NCBI RefSeq assembly: GCF_009914755.1
Contig: NC_060942.1
Strand: one strand, 5' to 3'
Source: the human T2T-CHM13v2.0 reference genome, Homo sapiens
Length of the DNA stretch: 64,000 nucleotides
The notes beneath the pieces are model-generated. The model had not been told where the DNA came from. It searched no databases and saw only the letters and a list, made by a program, of their open reading frames with translations. Position numbers and translations under genes: made by a program. Of the stretch, positions 25,565 to 37,045 are shown piece after piece. Position 1 is the stretch's first letter, and each line of letters opens with the position of its first letter.

Positions 25565-26102
25565 CTGTTTCAAACACCCATTGTTACCCTTAATTGCCTA
25601 CAAAACTTCAATTATCAGGGAATAATTTGTTCCCAGTTACCTTGACATTGGTGCAGTTATGAAATCAAACTTCATCCTGTGCAAAACACAATTGTAAGCA
25701 GCCATGAATAGGCAATGGGTGAAGGAAAGTAAAAGCAAGCATTACACCACCCTACTTCCAATTTATATCATAGAGGAAGACACTGAAGTTGTTTATAAGT
25801 TAGGCTAGTCCTGAAATAATTTTAAGAAAGTTGCAAACATGCATTTATTTTTCTTTTTCCTTTTGTTCCTGGGATTTCTTCTTAGAGAGGTACATTATTA
25901 AGGATTATAAAATGTATAATATAACACCCTGTGAAGTTATTTTACCCATGTATTTCTTTAGATTTTAGCCTGGATAGCCAAGCATTAGTGGTAAGGAACT
26001 TGACCTCCAAAAAGTTTGTTAAATCATAATAAACTACATGAATAAAGCAATAAATAACATGTAGTCCAGACATATGTTTAAAATCACCCCACATTTACTA
26101 TT

Positions 26103-26606
26103 TATGGTAGATTAGTTTATTATTCCCAATTTTTAAATCTTTTCCTGTTAAAGATTTAAGTATCTGCATTCCTTGCCATGTGACCTGGGCTAACTCCTAC
26201 CACATAGGCAGTGCCTTGTATGAACAATTGGCATGTTTTTCCACCCATTGGTGATGAGTTGGCTTTGACAATGTGAATTACGTTGGCCTATGAGATGTTA
26301 GCAGATATGACAAGAACAGAGATGATAAATGGGCTTTTATGATTTCCTCTGTTGTTTTGTGCTTCTGCAGTCCACTGTGAGAACACGTCTCAGCTTGCTA
26401 TTGGTGCAAGCAAATGGAGGCAACGCCTATAGGGGTTCCACATCTCCTCTGCAGCCTGCAGCAAAGCCTTTTTGAGTCTGAGTCTAGCCAAGCCTACTTA
26501 GGATCAGCTACCCATGAGCAAGAAGAACAAATACTGTCATTCTAAACCAATGAGATTATAGGGTTATTTGTTGTTTAGCTTTTCAGCAGCAATCCTGACT
26601 AATGGA
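26103..26606 (+). mobile_element. MaLR LTR (MLT1H type)
   Basis: CCTTGCCATGTGACC...TTGGCCTATGAGATGTTAGCAGATATGACA...CATGAGCAAGAAGAACAAATACTG...GCAATCCTGACTAAT. Confidence 0.8.
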
Positions 26607-26884
26607 TTATACATAACCTGCTTTTCTTCATACCATCAATTAGAAAAAAATTTAGTTTAGTTATGGGTTTATTATTTTTGGAGACTTGAATCACGATTCA
26701 GCCCCTAAGACAATTTTAAAATGTTTTCAGAAAAATAGTAGATAAAACAATATAAGCAACTATATTAATGTATATGTATGGATAGTGCATCAACTATTCT
26801 GAAGAATTCAGAGGATTCTCATTGTGGCAATTATTGGAAAGAACAGTGCTTTCCTTTCGTTTTTGGTATTTCTGTACTCATCTT

Positions 26885-27209
26885 ACTTCTTTTCTTTCTC
26901 CTAATTTTCTGCTTCTTCCCTCGCTTTCTCCCCTCTCCCTCCCTCTTTTCCTCTTTTTTTCTAGCCTGCTTGCTTGCTTTCTCTCTCTCTCTTTCTCTCT
27001 TTCTTTCTCTCTCTTTCTTTCTCTCTCTTTCTTTCTCTCTCTTTCTTTCTCTCTCTTTCTCTCTCTTTCTTTCGCTCTCTTTCTTTCTCTTTCTCTCTTT
27101 CTTTCTCTCTCTTTCTTTCTCTCTCTTTCTCTTTCTTTCACTCTCTTTCTTTCTCTTTCTCTCTTTCTTTCTTTGTTTCTCTTTCTCTTTCTTTCTCTTT
27201 CTTTCTTTC

Positions 27210-27240
<31 letters not shown>

Positions 27241-27267
27241 CTCTCTTTCTCTCTCTGTCTCTCTTTC

Positions 27268-27298
<31 letters not shown>

Positions 27299-27300
27299 TT
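26885..27300 (+). repeat. CT-rich simple repeat (GCTT, CTTT, CT units)
   Basis: Directly visible; nearly pure C/T at 26977-27300. Confidence 0.97.
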
Positions 27301-27539
27301 GTTGTTCAGCAGAATGGAATACCGATTCTGTTGTTCTTGTGTCTCCTTACATCCTTCTGGATTATAAAAATATGAATAAATAAAATAAACAAAAGTTCAT
27401 CTTATCTAGAAGACTTGTTTCAATCCACGTCTTCTGTGCAGAAACCCACCTAACAGTCTAAAGCACACAGTTCTCTTCTTATCTTTACCATTACTGTTTG
27501 CCAGCAATTACCACTGTGTCCCTATTCTTATGTAGTAGA

Positions 27540-27970
27540 TGAGGCATACTGGGGTTAATAGAACACCACTTGGAGGGCTTAAAAATCTTTGGGAATTGGT
27601 TCTAAATTAGCTAAAAACTGACTATTTAACCTGGAAAATGTTATTTACCTCTATAAGCCTTAATATTGTTACCTAAGAAAATAAAAATTATAGCAATGTT
27701 AAGCAGAGTTTTAACACCATTATACAAAACCAAGGAACGTAGGATTTACTGAATATCTACTATATATCACCATATAGCAGATACTTCTACATGTATTAAC
27801 TTGCATGTATTAACTGGTGCTATTAATAAACTGTCATCTACTATTTGTAGATAAGCAAATTTAGGCTTAGTAACTGTCAATAGTCAATCATCAAGCAAGA
27901 GTCTGGACAAAGGTTCAACCATACATCTGTTTGAGTCTCATGTCCATGCTTTTCTATGATATCCACTACC
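27540..27970. mobile_element. Two MIR fragments (+ at ~27540-27700, - at ~27740-27970)
   Basis: TTATTTACCTCTATAAGCCTTAAT...AAAATAAAAATTATA; TTTACTGAATATCTACTAT...TAGATAAGCAAATTTAGGCTTAG. Confidence 0.6.
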
Positions 27971-28443
27971 TTTTTAATAATAATTCCACAAGCTTTGCCC
28001 CAGCTTAATGTGATTTAAGACATAAGTGATTCTGGTAAAATTTGAGGATAAGAATAGAAACCCCTGAAGGCCCTGGACATTAGAATATTATAGTAGCAGA
28101 CTCCTTTGGACATGTACCTTTAATATTCACTGAGGGCAATAGTAATTTCTAGCCATTATCCTCAATGCACCTACAACTTTGAAGTATAATAGGTGGCACA
28201 GGTATGGCATCTGGCTAATTCACCATCATTAAAATAAAAGACTTGCTTGCTAACGGATCCACAGAATGGACATTCCTTTCCATTCACATTTTAAAATACT
28301 CTGTATGAACAATTGGATGGTTAAATGGCCTTCTAACATAAGGCAAAACATCTCAAGCTGCTCTGTAAGTTTAACCATTAAAGCTACTTAGATTAGAAGA
28401 GGTAAGTAACTTAAAGTTTCACCATCTAAAAAAGTCCTATGCT

Positions 28444-28572
28444 GAGCTGGACTTAGTGGTACATGCCTGTAGTCTCAGCTATTCAGGAGAATGGCTTAAG
28501 CCCAACACTTCAGGTCCAGCTTGGGCAACATAGTGAGACCCCCATCTCTAATATTAAAAAAAGAAAGAAAAC
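28444..28572 (+). mobile_element. FLAM (free left Alu monomer)
   Basis: GTGGTACATGCCTGTAGTCTCAGCTA...TGGGCAACATAGTGAGACCCC plus A-tail; perfect 16-bp TSD AAAAAAGTCCTATGCT at 28428-28443 and 28573-28588. Confidence 0.92.
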
Positions 28573-28926
28573 AAAAAAGTCCTATGCTTATTCCAGCAAT
28601 TTTTATCTTAACTTGAACTTTTCAAGGGTCTAGTGAGAAATATTCCCATATCTCTGCAGCTACCTTTTTTTTTTTTTTCCTGGAAGATCTGAAATTTCAA
28701 CAGATTTCAGATTTTCATTGAACCTAGGAAGCAAGAAAGTCTAAGCCCCAAAAAGAGTGGGGAGAGCTAAAGAAATACTCATTAATAATAAAAATTTCTT
28801 TCTCCTTATAGTTCTCTTATCTTTTGAAAATGCTGGTGCAAATTATAGAGAAGGCAGTCAGAATATGGGAAAAAGAAAACTGGGCTTAGTGTCAGAAATA
28901 AAAAAATGTTATCAAGGCAACATCAC

Positions 28927-29238
28927 CTTTCTTTCTTTCTTTCTTTCTTTCTTTTTGAGACGCAGTCTCGCGCTGTCGCCCAGGCTGGAATACAATGGTG
29001 CGAGCTCAGCTCACTGCAACCAGGGCCTCGGGGGTTCAAGCAATTCTCCTGCCTCAGCCTCCCTAGTAGCTGGGATTACAGGCACCAGCCACCAGGCTTA
29101 GCTAATTTTTGTGCATTTTTAGTAGAGACTGGATTTCAATATGTTGGCCAGGCTGGTCTTGAACTCCTGACCTCATGATCAACCTGCCTTGGCCTCCCAA
29201 AGTGCTGGGATTACAGGCATGAGCCACTGCGCCTGGCC
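28927..29238 (-). mobile_element. Alu (AluSg type) with (CTTT)n tail
   Basis: Full reverse Alu; GACCTCATGATC carries the 2-bp deletion of the Sg/Sc/Y lineage. Confidence 0.97.
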
Positions 29239-30319
29239 TTTTTTTTCTATTTGATATTGGGTAAATAATCTCGTTGTCCTCAATCTGTGTCAATGATGGC
29301 TTCTCATTCTTCTAAAAATTGCTTAGAGAATAATTAATATTTATCTGATTGCCTTTGCAAAGTGTTATTATAAATACTGTTCCCACAGCAGCTCAATTTC
29401 TTTTTTATAGCAGGAGAGCTATGACTCATAGAGATCCAAGGTTTTGTCCAAATTTTAATCCAATATTAGTAATTAGTGCTATAGGCAGAACTAAACTCAA
29501 GCCTCATGGCTGCTGAGACCACACAGCCTATACTTTTACTCGCCCAACCGATCCTTTATTTTGAATATGCCCTTAGTAGATTCAAGTTTCTGAGTTCTTC
29601 AATCAAAAGTGAATGAAGGAAGATTTCAATCCAAGAGTTCTGTAGCATTAGTTCCATAGCATTAGTTACTGTGTCTATATTTTTATCAGTTTGTTTGCTC
29701 TTTGTCAGAATATCAAAATCATTAAGCGTGCTGCAACTCATACACTGTGAGGCAAGGTGCCCCACAATTAATCCTGCTGTAATCCTGGTTATTGCTCTTG
29801 TCCTTATGACATGGATGCTTCCCTGAAAAGATATTAAAGCAATAGTTTATAGCTTTGAAGACATTTGTCCAGTTCCCTATTTTATTCCTGAGATGAACTG
29901 GAGATCATTGCTTAATTGCAAGGATCCAATAAGAGATCTCCAACCAAGATAATTTGAAAAATTTATAGTCTCTTGACTCTGTGTTTGAAAGACAAATAGG
30001 GCATGCCATTAGTTAAAAGAGAAAGAGCAACTAATTTAGCTTGGTAGATGGAGGAGATAGAAATAACTTAAATATATATTTTAAATATGTAAGCACATTA
30101 TCTAAGTGAAAGAAGTACATTTACCAAATTTATTAAAACTCATCCACCTTTATTTCAACTTTCTATTTAACAGGACCAACATTATCATAAGCTTTTATTA
30201 GTAATAGGAAAATTATAATATAATACACTAATGTTACTTACGTAAAATACAAAGATGCAGAAGTCTCACACAAGAGAGGTGCCCCCAACACATCCCATAC
30301 CCTCTGTTTTACCTGGAAA

Positions 30320-30690
30320 TGGTATCTAGAAATTCTCTGGTGTCATACTTTTATCATATGAGAAAATAGAGGTCCAGAGAGGTTAGCTGATTTACCCAAG
30401 ATACTAATAGGTAATTTTGTGACCAGTGCACCCTTGCCTCATTCCTCCAGGTAGCCTGACATTGGAGTTAGAGAGATATAAATTTTGATCTTCCCCTTCT
30501 TGGGCTCTTGATCAAGTTATTTTATATCTCTTTGCCTGGATTTTCTATATCTGTAAAATTAGCATAATATTATGCCCTACCTCATAGGCAATAATGGAGC
30601 TTAAAGAAAGGATACTGTGTGACAAATGCTTTTTATACACTATGGCACCTCATGAAGGTTTGTTACATGGTAGCTCTTAGGATTTTTCTT
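30320..30690. mobile_element. Two MIR fragments (- at ~30320-30420, + at ~30460-30690)
   Basis: ATGAGAAAATAGAGGTCCAGAGAGGTTAGCTGATTTACCCAAG; TATCTGTAAAATTAGCATAATATTATGCCCTACCTCATAGG. Confidence 0.75.
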
Positions 30691-32155
30691 TGTTTCTCTT
30701 ACTCTACTAGGCCATCTCAGACACTTCTAGACTCTCACGGCATCAAGAAGAGACAAACATTTGTTTGGCCATCTTTTCACATTGCCAGTGTCTGTGTCCT
30801 TGGTACCCACTAGGTAGTCACTTACAGGCAGGTTCATCCTTTCTATTCTTTGCATGGTAAAATGAGTGATAGAGTTCTTGAGTTGGATGTATGAATCTAA
30901 CGCTGATGGAATGAATGACTTTCAGTTTCAAATACATAGTAGGAGCTCAATAAATATTTTTGTATAAAAATCAGTAAATAGAAAGTGGTATATTTGCCTC
31001 TTATTCCATACCTTAATATAATTTTACATTATGTCTTTTTATCTCACAAGCTTAGCACATAGTAGGACTTTAATTAATGTAGATGGCATGATGGAATGAG
31101 TTAGTAGGTTAATTAAGACATGACATCTGTGGTCCCTTTTCTCCTATAGCTATTTTTAGAAAAACACAATAAATATTCTTAAGCAGAAAAAAAATCAGAA
31201 GGCAAGTCAATGCATACTATCAACTTAGTCAATTTCTAGGCTGACTTTAGAGAACTTCAGCAAATGGGTAGCACATGAAGGTTGAGACAAAATAAATAGG
31301 GAGCCCTTTGTTTTAAAACATTCAGTTTAATTTAGTATTACTATATCAATAGTTCTTAATCAGTGTATCTTAACTGGAGATCTTCAAGTGGTCCAAATAC
31401 TACTATGGGGAATACATATGTAAGGTTTGACAGATTTCAGAGAGCCCTAGGTTATCATCATCTATAGAATATTTCATGCTAATGAGTGGATATGTTAGAA
31501 ATATTTAAAATTATTAATCCTGTTCTACTTCATTATTGATGGCATTGCTACACAGAGCCACTAGGACCCTTACCTGAGAACAGAATATGCATATGGTCAT
31601 GGAAATTGAAGACATCTTTTCATTTTTATTTATGGTTCTTAATACACTCTGTGTTCTATTCTACGAAATTTTTGCCAGTATAATTAGCAATTGATTGAAA
31701 CAGTGGCATGATCTCGTCACAGTGATGAGTTGAACCAAAATACTTTGTATTTTAATTGATTTTTTAAATGTAATACCAATATCACTCATATTCAGAATAA
31801 ACAGAAGACTAGTGATAGAATTTAAATGAATTGAAAGGACTTTCTGCTCAAATATCTCCCTATTGCCAGGCACACTGACATTACAAAAAGTTAGAAAAAG
31901 TCCCTTCATTTTTAAAGTCTTCCCAGGCAGGAAGATACCCCTGTTGAGAGGTGGCTGCTTTGAGGAGGGTTAACACCTCAAGCCATTATCAAGCATTAAC
32001 ACCCCAGCCAAAATTATTTCAGCCTGCGCTTTCCACTGTAGGAACTGCCAGAGAAGAGCAAGGCCCTGTAGGAGAGCAAGGCAGAATAAATATCACTGAT
32101 AGGGATACTAGGGAGGGCAAAGAGTGTGTTGAACGCTGGCTGGGTGGAGGCATTC

Positions 32156-32215
32156 TGAAGCCTCTGTCTCCCTTGCAATTATGTTTGAAGCCCCTGTCTC
32201 CCTTGCAATTATGCT
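32156..32215 (+). repeat. 30-bp tandem duplication
   Basis: TGAAGCCTCTGTCTCCCTTGCAATTATGTT / TGAAGCCCCTGTCTCCCTTGCAATTATGCT (2 mismatches). Confidence 0.95.
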
Positions 32216-33788
32216 GGGATCTGGCCACACTATCAAGATTGTCCTTGGCCTCTCAGAGGAGAGTGTATGAGTCACATCTTAAACATAAGTTTTAAAAACA
32301 CAAAATCTTGTTTCCTAGGCTTATGCTATCCAGGTTTCTAAATAAGAACTTGGATTTCGTCTGCACAGCAAAATGAGAAAAAGGTCAGGGAAGTGACTAA
32401 AGGATACCAGGTCTATATTGTCTGAAGGAAGAGGAGAATGAAATAAACTAAACCAAGTAATTCTGGCCAAAGAACATTTGTTTCTTCTTAGAACAAATAA
32501 TTGATGTGAAATATTAGCTTGAATTATCTGGATAATTAATTCCCTCTGTTTTCCACTTAATTTGTCAATGCATACAAGGCCTGAGCGTGGGTATACTTAG
32601 CATTTCCATGATCCAATTTAGACGTCTTCCTTGATCAAAATCTCTGAATAGTTACTCAACTCCCCAACTCCTTCCGTCCTGCATGCACGGCTCATGCGAT
32701 CCTCTGGGGAATAATTATTACACTGAAGACCGTTTCCATAGTTTCTGTTCTTATCAAGGGGTAGTGTAAGATTAAATATATATACCAGCTTAAGGAAACT
32801 TTTTTCAGAGAATTTTAGGCCAAATGCTACTTATTTCCGGAAGCTTGTCTCAATTCCCCAAATCAACGTCAATCCTTCCATCTTGGACAGCGAGGCTCTG
32901 TGTTCCAAAATGGAGACTACTGAGGTCTGTCTTGAAGAACAGAACCATCAGGCTCTTATTCTGCTAAGTGAGATATAAAACCTAAGGGCAGGAATTGGTA
33001 ATAGGATATCTTCCCTACAACAATAACAACAAAAATTAACGTAATGAAGATAATTTTTAAGACAAAGTGAAGTTGTTAGAGTTATTGAGTAATTTTGAGA
33101 ACAGGTATATTGAAAAGAGGTTTTATAAAATATCTGTTGTTGCCCCGCTAGACTTTATACAAAACATCCATTTCCCCTCAATGTGCCTTGGCCTTGGCAC
33201 TATTCTAGTGTTGAAACATTCAGCTCTGCTGCAAGAGCATTGTGTAGCACACAGACTGTGGATGTAGGAGGTGGTGACTACTGGGTGGCATATAGCATCT
33301 ATTTAGTTCTGCTCTGGGTCACTCTCACATCCTCCTCATGACCCATGAATGGTCCATATTTTGTACATATTTATAGCCCCATTATGGTTTGTATATTTAT
33401 TTCTAAACTGTGAAGGTACAGTAGATTTTTGGCAAATTAATTTCTTAATGGACAAAGACTATATACATGAGCTTCAGTTATAAGGAAGCGATGGATTTGT
33501 GCTTTCTGAACTGTGTTCTGCATGCAGTATGTGTTCAGGAACAATGACTTAACAAAGCTTATCCTATTTAGTGGGTCTCCATTGCCTGGAAGACTCTTCA
33601 ACTCCTGTATCATTTTCCAGTGCCACTGTGTAAACAAACCATGAAGATAACTCACTGCACAATTCCGGGTGGTGCTATTCTCATAAAATATTAGGTTAGT
33701 GGTGCTCCCTGGAGCTAGCACTCACAACACAGAGCATCACTGAAATGGTGGCTCTGCTGGAATCTGTTCTCTTTATTAAGAATGTGTG

Positions 33789-34052
33789 CACTTTGGGAGG
33801 CTGAGGCGGGTGGATCATGAGGTCAGGAGTTCAAGATCAGCCTGGCCAAGATGGTGAAACCCCATCTCTATTAAAAATCCAAAAAATCAGCCAGGCATGG
33901 TGGTGGGCGCCAGTAATCCAGCTACTCGGAAGGCTGAGGCAGAGAATTGCTTGAACCCAGGAGGTGGAGGTTGCAGTGAGCCAAGATCATGTCACTGCAC
34001 TCCAGCCTGGGCAACAGAGCGAAACTCCATCTCAAAAAAATTAAAATAAAAA
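33789..34052 (+). mobile_element. 5'-truncated Alu (AluSg4/Sg7-like)
   Basis: Begins at CACTTTGGGAGG; variants GCCAAGATGG and GAGGCAGAGAATTG; TSD AAGAATGTGTG / AGGAATGTGTG. Confidence 0.95.
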
Positions 34053-34398
34053 AGGAATGTGTGAGTAGTACTGTTGCAAGAAGAGACAGGAAATTAAGAG
34101 ATTCATCAGAAATACACTTTTCTCTCTTTCTATTCATGCTTGTATTTGATTTACCAGTACTAATACATCTACTACCTGCTCAGTGCTGTGAAAGACACTA
34201 TGAGAGTGTAAATGAATTATAATGTGCTAGTCCTCTACTCCAGGAATTAAATGACACTGAGGCAGTTCTTAAAAAGTAAGAGCTTCAACCTCCTGGTTTC
34301 TTAATCTAAGGCATCCCTGGAATTCCCTTGAAGCTTCATTAATATACAGGATTTTCTGTTCCTTTTCAAGATGTCCAAACATATGCAGGATCCTAAAA

Positions 34399-34835
34399 CA
34401 GTGGTCTCCAAAATAAGACACATGCATGGCAGCAGGTACCCATCTCTATTCAGATGGATGCAGAAAATAGAACCTCTCTATATGAGCATTTCAGTTGATA
34501 AAAAGAAAGAGAGTAAACTTCACAAATATTTACTTTACAAATTGCCACTTGTTCCCTCAGTCTATCCGTACACTCGTAACATAGAGTAGGTAATGTTTTC
34601 TAAGAGAAAAATTGAACTTTTGCAATTCAGAAGGGGTGATGGAGACCTCAGTGCTTCACTACTTTTCCCATATTGCAATGACTTATAATTTGTATCTATC
34701 TGGTTATGTGTATTTAGAGAATTTACTTTTAATATTAATTAGATTGAATCTTAAAAATGGACATGAGGCTTAGAGTAAATTCAGAAAAATTGCTGCAGTT
34801 TGAAGATGGTATCACTGATGTGTGTACAAACAGAA
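34399..34835 (+). mobile_element. hAT-Charlie DNA transposon 5' part (Charlie7-like)
   Basis: TIR-like CAGTGGTCTCCAAA, then GAAAATAGAACCTC...GAAGGGGTGATGG...AAAATGGACATGAGGCTTA colinear with the remembered Charlie7 consensus. Confidence 0.55.
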
Positions 34836-36417
34836 CTCCCCTTGCCTGGTGCATGGTCTTTCTCAGATGTGTAAAAAATACAGGAAGAGGCTAGTTAAAT
34901 ATAATAAGAAATTGACCCAAACTTTCAAGTAATCAATAACTCTTTAAAATATGGCTTTATTTCTAGTAATATTAGCAAGAAGCTCACTCTAAGCATAGAT
35001 TGTCCCTTGAGAGACTAACTGATCATAAACATATAAAAGCAAATTATCTATAACATAAAATCAAACCTCTATATTTTTTCAGCAACAATTTAAATAAAGT
35101 CTCTTACCCTTTTTTTTCAAAGAACTTGCAAATAATGAATATATAAATAAACATATAAACATAAATAAAATAAATCTGCATATATTGGAACTGTATGCTC
35201 ACAATTTAAAAAATACTCTATTTTGTTTTCAAACCAGTCCAAGCTCTCTCTCCCTTCTGTGTGATAGGGCGTATTTAACAAACAACATTACTGAGAACAC
35301 TTCTAATCCTGGTTTCCCCCTCTACAATAATGTTCTGTTATGACTTTTTAATCTTGCACTAATGTGCAATATCTAAAGACTTTCATTAAAGTGAGCTCAG
35401 GTTAGCCTTTTTTAACCTGCTCTAAAAATGTTAACATAAGCCACAGTGGGCTACCAGCTCAATAATCTTCCAATTGTCCCAAGCTCCAAATGGCCCATTG
35501 AGGCTCTATTTGTTCCAGTCTATTGGTTAAATATGTATTTGTGTATTTTTGAAAAACATTTAATTATTTACCTAAGAGGCTTGAACAGCTGGTCTACTAG
35601 GTGAAGGCAATGGGATACAGTTAAATGTTAGAACCATTTAATTTAAATACATTTAAAAAAATGAAAGCAAATTAAAAGGCAAAATCTTTTACCTTTTAAT
35701 TCTGTTCTCCATTGTGTAAACAGATTGAAGGCACATGCTCTGCATATTAAAGTCTGTTATAAGAAGTACCTGTAGAAAATCATATTTACTCATGCTGTGG
35801 GTCAGTGACCATATCTACGTTCATTTTTTCTTCTCTTTTTTAATATCAAAAGTAGTTAGATCATATTAAGAAGTCATTCTAACATAAAGCAATTACTTTT
35901 GGAGTTCAGTATGTTTAATTTTTATATATACTGAAAAAACTAGGAAAATCTAATAACAAATCTGAGCTCTTACATATTTAAATGTGTTTAGCCAAGATAT
36001 TCACTGTAGATATCTGTCCCTCCAGCCATCACTTTTCAAACTCCTGAAAGAATTTAGATTTTTATGTTAATACATACACACACCCACACACAAACGTAAC
36101 ACTGCATATGCTGAAGACATCATGTTGAAATAATCCTGGAATAGCCTCAAAAGCAAATCAGGAAGAACCAGTCATCCGAACAAAGTATTCTTAAGGGACC
36201 TAAGCCCAGCTAAGAATGCTTTACCTATGTTCAAAGAATTAAAACAAATGGGTTAATAGCCTAGGTTTAAATAACTCATATTTAATGTTCTTTAAGAGTG
36301 ACAATGAACATTTTTTGTTGATTTTATCATTTGCTTTATTTCATCTCCTTAAATGTAAAATTCTTGTACAAACGATAATTCCTTTGGCGCATCCTAAACA
36401 TTTGATGGACTCAAGGC

Positions 36418-36945
36418 AAGGGGGCCACATATCCTACATCTACTATAAATTTAAAAGTTATAAATCAGGCTAAAAAAAAGTTATATTTCCTTATCTTGAC
36501 AAGTGTACCTTCATAACAACCTGGAAGGCAAGTTTGAATTTAAAATTCTCAGGTTCCTTGGAGCTATGTCTCTAAACATGGAGGCTGAGGAAAGTGGCTC
36601 TTGGCTGTCCTCTCATCCCACCTGCCTTTTCTCCCCATGCCCAGTTAGTCTCATACTGCAAGAAAACTCTCCAGCCTACATGCCTAACCCTTTGGAAATA
36701 TCTCCCTTAAGTGCCCCATGGCCACCCTTCAGGTCTAGGGGTTTGCACATCCAAGATACTCTCCAGCCTTGGGAGTAAAAGACCTGGCAAAGTTTCTTCC
36801 AGTTCCTAGAAGCGGACTCAGGACCATTTAGAAAGGGAATTCCAGGGTCTTTAAAATCCAGGACAGGGTCTGGAAGGTAGATTAGATTTCATGTTGGTAT
36901 GTCACTTTAGTCTTGCAGCTTCCCTATCTTTGCCCGGGCTTAAGG
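36418..36945. mobile_element. MER115 (hAT-Tip100) relic
   Basis: TACCTTCATAACAACCTGGAAGGC...TGGCCACCCTTCAGGTCTAGGGGT...GGGAATTCCAGGGTC...TTGCCCGGGCTTAAGG. Confidence 0.8.
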
Positions 36946-37045
36946 TCTTTATCACTGATTTGTATCCCTCATGGTGCTTAGCACAGAGACTTGCATAGCA
37001 CTGCTTGGTAAATATTGATTGACTGATGATTATTTGATTAATGTT
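36946..37045 (+). mobile_element. L2 3' tail
   Basis: TTTGTATCCCTCATGGTGCTTAGCACAGAGACTTGCATAG...GTAAATATTGATTGACTGATG. Confidence 0.75.

Noticed and set aside
26778-27383. ORFs of 87-201 aa resembling membrane proteins (Phe/Leu/Ser-rich)
   Set aside because: They are translations of the CT microsatellite
28444-29238. Inverted FLAM/Alu pair as an ADAR editing substrate
   Set aside because: The FLAM is short and highly diverged, such pairs are commonplace, and there is no evidence of transcription
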